This document shows, piece after piece, positions 10,847 through 23,900 of a DNA stretch of 64,000 nucleotides. Each line of letters begins with the position of its first letter. Within the stretch, counting starts at the first letter, position 1. The DNA is from Caecitellus pseudoparvulus (taxonomy: Eukaryota; Protista; Bigyra: Bicosoecida). The DNA lies in the NCBI GenBank assembly GCA_965644315.1, contig CBFFRQ010000044.1:248001-312000 (forward strand), written 5' to 3'. The notes under the pieces were generated by a model. The model did no database searches and was not told the origin of the DNA. It saw nothing but the letters and a program-made list of their open reading frames with translations. The position numbers and the translations under genes were made by a program.

Positions 10847-13094
10847 ATGAAGTTTGGAAAGGTAGGTACTGCACAGCAAGCCTGGTGATGGGATCGGAGT
10901 GCTCCACTGGCAGCCTGCGTGGCGCTGCCTTCGATTTCCGCACGGCGCCGTCCCCATGTCGCTCACAGCGCCTGCGTCTGCTGGCCAAGGCCGAGTGGTA
11001 CGAAGAGTACATTGACTACAAGCTGTTGAAGCAGATCATTAATGGCTCAGGGGAAAGCTTCGCGTACGTGTGCAGATTGCCCACCACCTGGGCGCAACCT
11101 GGCTCCAGCTTACAGAACTTCCACACTTGCCGTCCCACTGCAGCATGGCCAGCGCCGAAGCCGGGGAAGGCGAGGGCATCCCGTGCACACCAGGTGGTAC
11201 AGCAGAGCTGGGTGGCGCCGGCCACCGTGCCCGGTTCGTCAAGGAGCTGAAGAAGCAGATGAACCGCAGCGCAAAGTTCATGCTGGCACAAGTTGCCATC
11301 CTCTCCACACGCGTGGAGGAGCTGCACGGGACGGTGCGCAAGGCCACCAGCGCTGGCCAGGCGGCTACTGCTATCTCGGCTGAGCTGGACCTGGAGCCCA
11401 GCGGCATCAACACGCCCAAGATCCTGCCTTTGCCAGCGCCAGCCATTCCCGACGACGGGGACAGCCCTGCAGCAGCAGAGACCCCTGCAGCGCCCGAAAC
11501 TGCGGCGGGGTCTGCTCCTTCGGAAGGCACTGTTGCTGCAGGTGCAGCTGGTGCGGCAGTGCAGAACAAGGTCGCCATCAAGGCTGTGCGGAACATGATC
11601 CAGCAGGTGGCAGACGAAGTGGAGGATTTGAAGGAATTCGCGACGCTGAACCTGCTGGCAGTGTCCAAGGCCAGCAAGAAGTGGGACAAGAAGCACTCCT
11701 CCCGCCTGGCTGCGTCCACTGACGGGCCCACCGCCGCCGAGGGCGAGGCAGGCGAGGCTGACGTGCTGGTGTGCGTGACGGCACCACTTCGCGGCGCGTT
11801 GGAAGCCTTGGCAGAGGCATCTGCCCTGAAGACATGCGCGCCCATCCTGGCACAGGCAGAGAAGGAGTGCCTGGCCATCATGACAGAGGCCGGGAGCCTG
11901 GTCAAGGGCGGCGGGCACAGCGCCGCGGCACGGGGTCGCGCAGCGCGCAAGGTGTTCGCAGATGCGGCATCGTCCGGGCAAGCCGATCCAGGTGCAGTGT
12001 CCGGCATCCCCATCGTGCACCGCCTGAAGATGTCGGAGTACCCCGTGGGAGTCACTAAGGTGCGCGTGGCAGTGGGCACCAACGCCCTCAGCGAGCCCAT
12101 GACCATCCCTGTCATCATCATCAAGGGCGCCACGCCTGGCCCCGTGCTGGGCATTACCTCTGCCCTGCACGGCAACGAGCTGAACGGCATCCCCGTCATC
12201 CACCGGGTCATGTCTGTGCTGGACCCCTCCACCATGGTGGGGTCCCTGGTGGCTGTGCCGGTGGCCAACCCGGGCGGCTTCGTGCGGCACCAGCGTGGCT
12301 TCTCCGACGGCGTGGATTTGAACCGCATCATGCCGGGCAAGAAGAACGGCAACTCAGCACAAACCTTCGCGTACAAGCTCCTGCAGCGCGTGGTGTCTGT
12401 CATGGATTACTTGCTGGACCTGCACACTGCCAGCTTTGGCCGTGTGAACTCCCTGTACGTCCGTGCCGACATGAACGTGCCACTCGTGCGCCGCCTGGCA
12501 CAGCTGCAGCAGCCGCAAATCATCGTGCACAACACGGGCCCTGACGGCTCCATGCGTGCCGCTGCAGCTGACATGGGCATCCACGCCGTGACCCTGGAAA
12601 TCGGCAACCCCCAACGCTTCCACTCCAGCTTCGTGGACCGCGCAGTTGCCGGCGTTCTGCGCACGCTCGCGTACCTCAACATCGCTAGCGAGGCGGACCT
12701 GCAGCTGCGCCAGGCAGCCTCGAGCAAGGGCCTGGCATCTGCTGGTGCCAAGCTGACTCCCAGCGAACCTCTCACGCCAGGTGCTGCGCTGACCCCGGCG
12801 CAAAGCGCGTCAGCTGCTGACCCGGTGGTGTGTGCGCGGTCCTTCTGGATCTTCACCCGGGCTGGTGGCGTGCTGTTCGTGCTGCCCAGTGTGAACACGT
12901 GGGTGCACAAGGGGCAGGTCATCGCGGAAGTGCGGAGCATTTTCGGCGAGCTCGTGGACCGCCATGTGGCGCCCATGGACGGCATCGTCGTTGGCAAGAG
13001 CGACAACCCTGTCTGTCGCTCTGGCGACCGCGTCCTGCATTTGGGCGTGCACGACCACCAGCACTTCCCTGGAACCGTGTCTGACGGCCACTGA
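10847..13094 (+). CDS. SPX domain fused to an M14 succinylglutamate desuccinylase/aspartoacylase-like zinc hydrolase (686 aa). Exons 10847-10861, 10969-11063, 11144-13094
   Basis: Spliced start MKFGKRLRLLAKAEWYEEYIDYKLLKQII and lysine cluster LNLLAVSKASKKWDK are SPX hallmarks. M14 motifs are HGNE, DLNR, LDLHT and TLEIG. A biotinyl/lipoyl-like barrel forms the C-terminus. Spliced length 2061 nt is in frame. Confidence 0.9.
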
Positions 13095-13161
13095 AGAGGG
13101 TTGTCCCTTCTGCAGTGCAATGCACAAGTTCTGATCGTGGTCCAAGCGTCCAGGGTGCCTG

Positions 13162-15458
13162 TTAAGCCCACTGCTGCCCGACGTTCGCCTGCATGCGTTG
13201 CCGGCGTGATGCGGCTTCGGGGGTTGCGTCAGCGATGCGTTTCACTGCTTGGAACAGCACCATCAGGCTGGCAGACTTGACACCGGGAACGTTTGCAGCA
13301 GCTGCAATGGTGGGTGGAGCCGCTTGGGTCAGTGACTCTTTTTCCCACGCGCTCACGCCGTGCAGGCTGCTGAAGTCGAAGGTGGCCGGAATGGCAAGGC
13401 CTGCCCCTGCACGGTACGCCTCTATGTCAGCCGCCTGCCTGTCCAGGTATGCTGCATACTTGCACTCCACCTCCACACTGGCTCGCACGTGGTGGGGCAC
13501 GGCGCTGGCTGCGAACTCCGCTGGAGTCAGGTCCGCGCTGCCACTGTGCTGAACACGCCAGGCGTCAAACGCCTGGCGCGCAGCGCGGGGAGCGGCGGGG
13601 CCGTCCACGTCACCACTCTGCACTTCGCGCTCCACCTCTCCCTGCACTGTGTGCATGACTCCCAGCACATCACCCAGGGACACGTGAGGAGCAGCCAGCA
13701 TCTCGGCAGCGGTGGAGTACGAGCCGTTCTGGGCCGTGCGCACGCCCCGTGCCTGCCAATCATGCGCTGATAGAGAAAAGCCCCCCAAGCGCTGCATGGC
13801 AACGGTGACGTCCCGCCTGCGCCGGTTGAAGACGGCCCAGCGGTGGTCATCGACGAGCCCGGCTTCCCGCCCCAGTGGTGTCAGGCGCTCGTCGGCGTTG
13901 TCAGCACGCAGGGTCAGGCGGAACTCCGAGCGACTCGTGTACATGCGGTACGGTTCTTTGACACCGACTGTGATCAGGTCGTCGATGAGGGTGCCAATGA
14001 AGCTGCTGGAGCGGGGCAAGACGAGCTCGCGAGGTGCCTGGTCCCTCCGCTGCGCCACCGCAGCCAGCCCGGCATTGGCCCCCGCCACAACGCCCTGGGC
14101 TGCCGCCTCCTCGTACCCCGTCGTGCCGTTGATCTGGCCTGCCAGGAACAGCCCCTGCACCGCCATGGACTGCAGGGTGGGGCGCAGCATGCGGGGGTCC
14201 ACAAAGTCGTACTCAACCGCATAGCCAGGCCGAACCATGTGCACGTTCTCCAAGCCAGGAATTGTCCGCAGCATCTGCAGCTGCAAGTCGGGGGGAAACG
14301 ACACTGTGGCACCATTGGGGTACACCAAGGGCGTGTTCAGCCCCTCTGGCTCCAGCCACACCTGGTGGGACTCCCGGTGCGGAAAGCGAACAATGCGCTT
14401 GTCCAACGACGGGCAGTTGCGGGGACCGATGCCGGCACCGTCGTTTGCAACGAAAGAAGGCAGCTGATGCAGGTGCTCCCGCACCAGTGCGTGCGTTTCT
14501 GCTGTCGTGTGAGTCAGGTGGCAGGCGTGCAGCCGGCCAGCGTTGGTTGGCGCCATGCCGGCATGCAAGAACGAGAAGAGCTCTGGCGGGTCGTCAGACG
14601 GCTGTTCCACTAGCCCCGCGTAGTTGATGGAGGCGCCATCAAGGCGAGGCGGCGTGGCGGTGGTCAGGCGTGCCATGGGCAGCTTGAGGCCCTCCAGGGT
14701 CGACGCGATGGCGACGGTGGGCGGCTCCACTTCATCGCTGCTTCGCACGTGGCGACCTGCCGGGTACGACGCTCGCCCCACGTGCACGACACCACGCAGG
14801 AAGGTGCCTGTCGTCAGCACCACCTGCTTGGCGTGGATTTCCTCTCCTCGCCCCGTGCGCACCCCCACCACCTGCGGGGTGTCGGTCCCCCTGTCACTGG
14901 GCGAGTGCAAGATCAAGTCATCCGCTGAGTCACCCCACAGGGCCAGGTGGGGTGTGGCCGCCAGCTCGGCTTGCATGGCTTCCCTGTACTGGTCTCTGTC
15001 ACACTGGGCACGTGGGCCGTGCACAGCAGGCCCCTTCCGGCGGTTTAGCACTCGGAATTGGATGCCGGCGGTGTCTGCCATGCGCCCAATGAGGCCTCCC
15101 AATGCGTCAATCTCCCGCACCAAGTGCCCCTTGCCGATGCCACCAATGGCAGGCTGCATGCAGAGGGGGGGCATTGGTGTGCTTTCGCGCCTGGGGACTC
15201 GCCGGCGCCGCAAGCACTTACGTTGCACGACATCTCGCCTACAGTGCTCACGTTCTGGGTGAGCAGGACCGTGCTGGCGCCAGTGCGAGCTGCTGCCGCG
15301 GCTGCTTCGCACCCTGCATGGCCACCGCCAATGACAACCACATCACAATGTTTGATGGACTCTGGCATGGCGCTGGAAGCTCTGCTCCAGCTTGGCGGGC
15401 TGAAGACAGCGCGCCTGCCCTGCAGGGCGAAACGAGCACGTAACGCTGCACACGCCAT
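13162..15458 (-). CDS. MTO1: Mitochondrial tRNA U34 modification enzyme MnmG/GidA/MTO1. Exons 15458-15222, 15153-13162
   Basis: [20 protein letters not shown]|[41 protein letters not shown] and [14 protein letters not shown]. Arg/Ala/Ser-rich N-terminal transit-like peptide. Confidence 0.95.
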
Positions 15459-15930
15459 GTGGTCTGGGAGTGGAAGGCTGGCAAGGTGCACGGCAGACGA
15501 AGCTACACTGATTTGGGTGATGGTAGATGGAGTTGTATTGTGGCGTGCTAGTCACTGCTTCGCTGTGGAGGTGGGCTGGTGCCTGCCTGCCACTGGCCAA
15601 GTGCGTCAGACCGCCTGAGAGAGCAGCAAGCAAGGCATGCGTGAAGCGAGTAAGACAGGGTGTCCAGAGACACCGGAGTGCTGTCGCACTGTCCGAAAGT
15701 CCCCGCACTACCGCACAAGCAGCGAGGGCTCCAATCAGTGCTTAGCGATGTAGGCGCGCTGGCAACGTGCGGAAGGGTATGAGGAACCCAGCCGCGGTGT
15801 GTGCCTGGGCCAAACCTGGGGAGAGTGTGTGGCAAGTGGCGGGAGGAGGGGCGGCGCGTGAGTGTGGGCATGCCTCGTGCACCTGCATTGCTGGGCAGCA
15901 GCGCAGGCTAACACCCACACAGCGGCACAC

Positions 15931-16813
<883 letters not shown>

Positions 16814-17107
16814 GGCTGAAGCGTTGAAGGTGGGCTGGGCTCACAACAACGGGGCACACACGGAGGCAGTGTGTGGTATCTGAGGCATGGAAATGTAGCG
16901 CGGGCGAGGGACTGCATTGTGCGCGTTTCGGCCCCGTTTCATCCGAACGCTGCCCCCACTTCCGCTGCTCCTGTCCAGCCCGAGGCGGGGGCTGCTCTGC
17001 ACCCCGCAGCGCACAGCCCGGCCCCACTCAAACTGCACACAGCACTTCAACTCCTTGCCCCTTTCCACTGTGGCTGTGCCCCCGCTTCCTGCACTGTTCT
17101 CGTCGCC

Positions 17108-17906
17108 ATGGCTCTCGCTGCGGCTGCCCGGTGCTGGGCACCCCCTGTCATGAGGGCAGGTACTCCGGTCTTGCAGACCGGGCGCAGCGTGGCTGTGCGG
17201 GCGCTGTCCAGCACTGCTCCTGCCCGAGGCATTGAGGAGTTCTTCGGCCCCAACATGTATGACCCCAAGGCTGTGCCAGCTGGTGCGTGTGCCACACCGT
17301 ACACGAGCGTTTCGTCGTTTCGCCGCCTCCACCTGCCCCTGCCATCACCTCCCCCTCCCACCCGATGTGTGTGCCTGACGCGCAGGCCGAGCATGGAAGG
17401 CGGCCGAGTTGCGCCAGAAGAGCTTTGAGGACCTGCACGCCCTCTGGTTCGTGTGCTTGAAAGAGCGCAACATGTTGCTGACGGAGCGCTTGTGGTTCCG
17501 GCAGGGAAACATGGCAGCTCCAGACGGCAGCCGCCTGGGCAAGGTCAAGGCCACCATGGCCCGCATCAAGGTGGTGCTGGGTGAGCGCTTCGCTGCCCAC
17601 AAGGAGCTGCGGGCTGTCCGTGGTGAGGACTGGGCCAAGGCCGCTCCCGCCTATACCGATGACTTGGTGCTGATCAAGAAGGCTGGGCGAGTGGTGCTGG
17701 TGCCGGCCGACCACCCCGACGCCATGGCGCCCACTCAAGCGGAAACCAAGCGGGCTGCATACCGCACCAAGCGCTTCGGGCGCTGGAAGCGGCGCCTGGC
17801 CGCCCGGCACGCCTCCCGCCAAGCCATTCCGCAGGAGGCGTTGCCGTATGCGTTTCGGCGACATGGCACGCCCGTGGAGCTGGACAGCGCCACGGAAAGC
17901 AGGTGA
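17108..17906 (+). CDS. MRPL47: Mitochondrial ribosomal protein uL29m (MRPL47). Exons 17108-17282, 17386-17906
   Basis: Transit-like N-terminus, then RGIEEFF and [33 protein letters not shown]...[16 protein letters not shown]. Confidence 0.92.
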
Positions 17907-17913
17907 GACTGAT

Positions 17914-17921
17914 AATGCATT
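17914..17921. terminator. AATGCATT palindrome, candidate bidirectional 3'-end signal (uL29m / myosin-like)
   Basis: Lies in the 23-nt gap between convergent stop codons. Confidence 0.45.
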
Positions 17922-17929
17922 TCGCCACG

Positions 17930-20900
17930 TCATTTGCACTGTGCGTGGGCTGACAGAGTGCGTTGCAGGACGCTGCAGTGCTGCAGCAGCGCAGCGAGCA
18001 GGGTTCGTGAAACACCCGCATTTGCAGGCAGTTCTGACGCGTTACGCACCTGCTGTGCGGCTTCGCGAGCCATGCCAGGCGTGGGAGCAGCAAGCACAGC
18101 AGCCGTGAGGGTGAGGAGAACGCGCAAGGCCGCCCCCGCTTTTCCACACAAGGCTTGCAGGGGCAGCGTGATGGGCGCCGAACGGTTTCCGTTCGCAGTC
18201 GCACACTCGCTCAGCAGCGGCACTGGGGCCTTAAGCCAAGCGCGGAGAGGCAGCAGGGCCCGCGTAGTGCACGCGGTGGTACTTGCTGGTGCGAGGGTGT
18301 GGGGGCAGGTCAGGCCGTGCTCGCACAGGCGTGCGATGATGGTGGGTGTGTGGTCCCCAAAAGCACGCTGGTCGCCGCCGAGCAGCGCCAGAGCTGCGAC
18401 CAGAACTGCCACGGGCAATGCCGACGCCAGAAGTGCGCGGAGGTCATAGTCCAGTCTGACCAAGGCCGTTGCCATCAGCGGCGAGGCCTGGGCGCGCTGG
18501 CCTGCCAGCGTGTGCAGGATTGCAGGGCTGGCTTCGGCAGCTGCGAGAAACGCCTCGCTCGCAGCCAGCGTCGGCGCGCCACGCAGCACGGCCGACGCCA
18601 TGCAGTGCAGTTGCAGGGCAGAAAGCAGGGCAGGCGCTCCACGGAGCACAGCCTCGGCCTCGTCTGGCAGACAGGTGGGCAGGGGGCACGTGCGAGCCCG
18701 CAGCAACACCATGCCCTGCCGCGAAACGCGCTCCATTGGCAGGTCGCTTTCGCGAAAGTCGGGCGTGCCGGGCTGTAGCAGGTGCCCATGCATGCAAGCC
18801 AACACCTGTACAGACGCTGCCATGGTGCTTGTCAGCGCACCAAAGCGCTGGCGTGTGCTCAGCAGAGTCTGCACTGCGGCAGTATTTCTGTGCAGGCCGC
18901 TCGCCCGTCGATCAGAATGCACAAATCCCAGCAGAGCATGCAGTGCAACGCCCCATGCCACGCATGCCTGTGCCGACTCGGCACAGGCTTTGTCCTCTTC
19001 CCATCCAGCAGCGGCGTCGAGGAACGCTCGCCCTGCGGTAGACAGCACTGCCAGGACAGCTGCCATTCTTGCACCACCACTTGCGGCCACAAGTGATACT
19101 TCGTCTTCGTACAACGCGAACAAGTCCTGGGGATCAGGTTGCACCGCAGAAGTGCAGGCCATGCGAGGCCACTGGGGGAGTGCACTCTGAGCTTCACCTG
19201 ATAGAGTGCTGGCCAGGAGCACACCTGGGTCCAGGGAACTCAAAGTGTCGATTGTCTGCGGTGTGGCAGGCGCTGAGACAGGTTGCAAGCACGACTGCAA
19301 GGCGCACAGGAGGGTACACAGGTCATGGGCGCCTTGCTCTAGGCGTACTTCTTCACGCAGGGCCGACAGCAAGCTCGCTGCTGCCTCTTGCAGCCCTGCC
19401 TGCTGCGTGGCACGTTCAAGCTCAGCTAGCAACTTGGCAGTTGAACCAGGCATCGCCTCTGGTGATGTCTGTGCGGCCTTCTCCGGGTATGCACCTCTCA
19501 ACACACGGTGGCACCGGCACACTAACCACAGCACCTTCTGGATCTCAGGCGCCAGGCGTGCTTGCACCTCCGCCGCCTGGGTCAGCCCTACATAGTCTAG
19601 TTCAGCCAGCAACTCAGGAGTTGCGCACATGGCGCCCAGCAAGCTTCCCTCGCGTTGCTGCCAGATCAGAGGCCGACGGGCCGCAGTGAGAGTGTGTGCG
19701 ATGAGGTCATGCACCAGCTGGGAGGGAGCCAGTGTCTTGGGGTGGCGCGTGTAGCGCCGGTGGCGCAACACTTCCCCGCCCAGGCTGCTGCGAACTACCA
19801 TGCCGCGTGCGACCTCCAAACTGCAGAGGGAGCCCTCCTCAGCAGATGAGTCACCCTGTACAAGCTCCTTTCCATCAAGAGTTACCTGCTGTGTTTCTAC
19901 GTTGGGGTGTGTTGCCGGTGGGTATGCCAGCGCCTGGTGCGCCAGAGCCGTTCCATGCACTGCTTCCAACTGCTCCTGCGCAAACCTCGCCAATTGCTGC
20001 AGGGTTGCAAGTGCAATCTGTACTGGGCGGATACAAGCGACAACTCCTGAGCCTGAACTAGCTTGGCACTGCCCGGTACCGAGGTGTAGACTGCTGAAGC
20101 CCAAACCCGCCGCAGCATCCAGCGAACGACTGGGTTCTTCTCCCAGCACAGCTTGAAGTGACTCTGAGCAGTCTTGGCACGCGGAGCGCAGTGCAAGTGC
20201 GGACGATTCCCCACCCCGCAAGAATAGCAAGCTCGGCGAGGCAAGTTGGGGCCACAGCCAGGCGGGAAGTGGCAGAGCGGCGCCGCTTGCGCAGGGGCTC
20301 ATTCGAAGCCGGCGCAGACAGCTAGCGCCCCACGCGCCCAGCTCACGCAGGGCACCGCGCAGCGCAGGTATAGAACCATCGCTGTGTGCAGTGCTGTGCA
20401 ACATGGCACATGCAACGATGTTCCCCACAGTTCGGCACTGGCCCCACACGCTGTGTTGAACGGCAGAAATCTGCTTGGCAGACAAGTCGCCCTCGCCGGA
20501 CGTGTCGAAGGCTGGTGCCAATGCCGTGGCCAGCTGTGACTCGGCCATGTGTAGGTGTTGCAAGCACTCACTCCACGCGGATGGGCCTGTGTCATCCTGC
20601 GCTGGCTGGTCTCCACTGCCTTGCAGGGTGGACAGCTGAGAAACGGCTGCCGTCGCCGCAGCAAAGTGTGCTGTGACTGCCAGGGCTGCCACGTGGGCAG
20701 CGGCACCAGCAACAGCACAGGAGACGAGGGACACTGTGCGTTCCCCGCTTACTACGAGCTCATCGGCCTGCGCAGTGTCCTCTGCAAACGCTGCGGCGCG
20801 GAGGCGCCTGGATGCCGCGATCAGCGGCTGCACACACTGCAGTCTTCGCAGGGCCAGTTTGGCGTGGGCACCGTGTGTTCCGGCGAGCAGAACCACCTCA

Positions 20901-23900
20901 CCAGAGCCAAGGTCATGTACAGGCGATACAGTCTGGTACAGGGCGCCAGGCATGTTGCTCAGGAAACACAGGGCGTGCAGGTGCGCCGCGCCGAACAGCA
21001 GCGGCAACAAGGCCGGGTGCAGGGGTCGGGAAGGCCGTTGCTCCGCCTCTGCAAGGCCACCTTGGCCATCTTCACTGCAAGACAGGAAATCTGCAAGCTG
21101 TGATGGTCGGCTCAGAAGCGGAAAGGACAGAGGAGGCGCGGATGGGGAGGGGGGGGCGCCTGCAGTCCAAGACTGTTCGCAAAAAAGCGGCAGCAGAGCG
21201 ACCGCAAGCTCACCTGGCGCCGCGCGTGCACAATGAAAGCTCCTGAGAACGCACGTGGCGCCATCCAAAGCGTGGCTCACTGCATGGCTCACAGATTGCA
21301 AGCCGTCGTGTGAGGCGCAGGCGGGGGGGGCGCCGCCCTCCATCGGCATGGCCAGCTCAGAATACAGTGTTTGAGCTGAGCTGCGCAGTGCATGCTCAGC
21401 GCGGGTCAAGTGCTGCTTGGCTTCGTATAGGCGCGTCTGGAGCACACGGGTGCTGGTGCAGTGGACGGTCTCCAGGCACGCCGTGGGCGGCTCTGCCCCT
21501 GGCAGGCACTGCCCGTGCCATGCAAACTCAGCAAGCGCGTGGAGAGGCAGCAGCATGCCAGCTGCGCAGGTACCTCGCTCAGCCTGGGCGACATCAGTTA
21601 AGGAAGGCCCCCCTTCCTCATCATCTGTCGTGTCGTCGTCGCTACCGACAGAGTCGCTGCTTTCGCCGTCTAGGTCTGCGCAGGCCGCTCGCACTTCGTC
21701 ACGAACGCAGCCTGGCAGAACACTCGCGGGATACGGCGCAGCACTCCACCAGGCCAGCTGTGGGAAGGCAGCATCCAGCTGGTCCCCTCTGAGCATGGCG
21801 TGCAGCACACGCGCCAGCTCAGCAGGGCAGTGCTCGCTGTGTGCGAGACTGCGGGCTTGGCTGGCAAGACCTGCACGGTAGGTCAGCGGCAGCTCTGCGC
21901 ACGCAAGCGCAGCATGCAGCAAAAGGGCAGCCGCACCATCCACAGCCTGCTGCAGGGCCTCCATGGCGCACAGCAGTGCTGTGGCACTCTGGACTTCGCC
22001 CTGGGGGAGGCTGACCGAGAATTTTCGTCCCAGTGCGTCGCCCTGTGCCAGGGCATCCCGCAGCTGAGCAGCGTCCCACGCCAGGGCTGCTTGCATGATG
22101 GCAAACTCCACATGCCGCACAGCTTGAATGCGCGTGATACGGTCCCGTGGCGACTCTGTCGAGCCACGCTCGTCTCGTGGCGGCAGCGAGTGCTGTCGAC
22201 TTGGGGGCGAGGCGTCACTGGTTGCAACCACCGCTTCTCCGTCGGCTGGTTGAAGCGCCAGGACAGCTGGCCGCACCAGCCCTATGTGTGTGGCATACTG
22301 CAGCAGCGCTTGCAAGGACTGATCGCTGCTGTCCTTGTCAGCTTCGCCACCTGGCGGGGTGGCCTGGTCACCAGCATGCCTTGCTGATTGTGCTGCCGCC
22401 TCCAACTCCGCCGCCACGCGTTGGCGCTCCATCACCAGCGCCTCAAGCCACGCCATGGCTGTGATCAGGGCCCTGGACACATTGTCTAGGCTGGTGCATG
22501 TCCGGGACACATGCTGAGGGAGCTCTGGGAGCTCCTTGAGTGCCGTGCGGGCTGCCGTGGAAAGCACACGCGGGTGTGTTCGTCGGCCAGGTCTTGCATC
22601 TGACGCCCCACCTCCAGAGCCAAGCTCAGCCAGGGCATGCGTGACGCTGCAAATGCTGGCTGGGGTGGCAGTAGCCAGCAGGGCTTTCAGTGTGCTCACG
22701 TGCTCGGGTCGCACCTCCCCCTCTCGCAAGCTGCTGGCGAGCACTTGCGACATGCCGACCAGCTCAAGGGCTGCCGCTTCGTGAGGGGCGAGGGACGACG
22801 CAGGTGCGCCTTCATGGCTGACTTCGGTGAAGAGAAGGCTCTGTGTGCACGCAGCGAGGCGACCAGCCCACATGAGGCGTCGTGAAAGGCTGAGGGTGGA
22901 GGACTCCGTTCTGCCGGCTGCCACGACCCTGGCCGGCACACTTGCTTGTGTCAACGCCACCCACCACGCTGTCAGGCGACGCCGGACCAGAAAACCCCTG
23001 GTCCAGCGCTGGACACACTGTGCCGCTGTGTGCTGCCGCAAGTCCATGAGTCCTTGCAGCACTAGCGCTCCCTGGCAGGACAGGTGCAGTTGCTGTGCTT
23101 CGGATACCACTGCCGTTGTCGCTCCCAGACCGAAAACTGGGAACAGTGTCGCCAGCACTGGCACCAGTTGTGTGCAGTCACCGCTGTGCAGCAAGTGCAA
23201 GGCTTCGTCGCAGGCCCGTCGTGACAGGCGTTGGGGAGCAGCCCACCGCCCCAGCGCTTTGAATGTGCCCTGTCGCCGAGCTCGCTGCGCTTCGGCACGC
23301 AGCAGCCTGCGCAAGGACAAGCGCGTTTCATCGTAGGCTTGCTGGAGGGGCAGGCAGAGCGGCAGGCCTGCCCGCAGCCACACGCCTAGCGCGAGCACTC
23401 CAGAGTCCGTCAGGTGTGCTAGCCTGCGCTCCACTGTACTGGACTCTTCGCTGAGCGGAGCGAGGCACAGCACGCCGGCGATCTGCATGCCTGTCACACG
23501 AGCAGGGGGGGTATCCTGGCCAACTGCACTCCAGGCTAGCTCCAGCGTGGAGGGGTGGGCCCACCAATGGCCGGTGCGCCGACGCAAGCACTCCGCTTCT
23601 GTCGGAACAGCCGGCAAGAGCAACAAGCCCCTGCTCGCAGGTGCACCAGTTCCACGTGGTTCACGGGTGCTGTGTGGAGTGACAGTCTGCGACCTACGTC
23701 GTGTGGGGTGAAGCGGCGCGGCTTGCGCTGGGGCGCCAAGTGTCCCCGCCCCGACCGCTGACAGGGCCGGGTTAGACGTGCTCCGGCGCTTCAAGTGATG
23801 GTGTGGGTGATTGGAAGCATCGGTTTGCGCCCAGGCTGTCGCAGGTGACGACGTCTCGCCTTCATGGAAGCATGCAAGGCAAGGGTGCGCTGCAGGAGCC

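Noticed and set aside
10476-10850. Short ORFs between the ATP-grasp and SPX-M14 genes, considered as a possible precursor peptide substrate (e.g. MDPLFANPSLPAKTT... on the - strand)
   Set aside because: No coding bias, repeat core or recognisable leader. More simply explained as promoter/UTR. Only transcript or Ribo-seq data could revive it.
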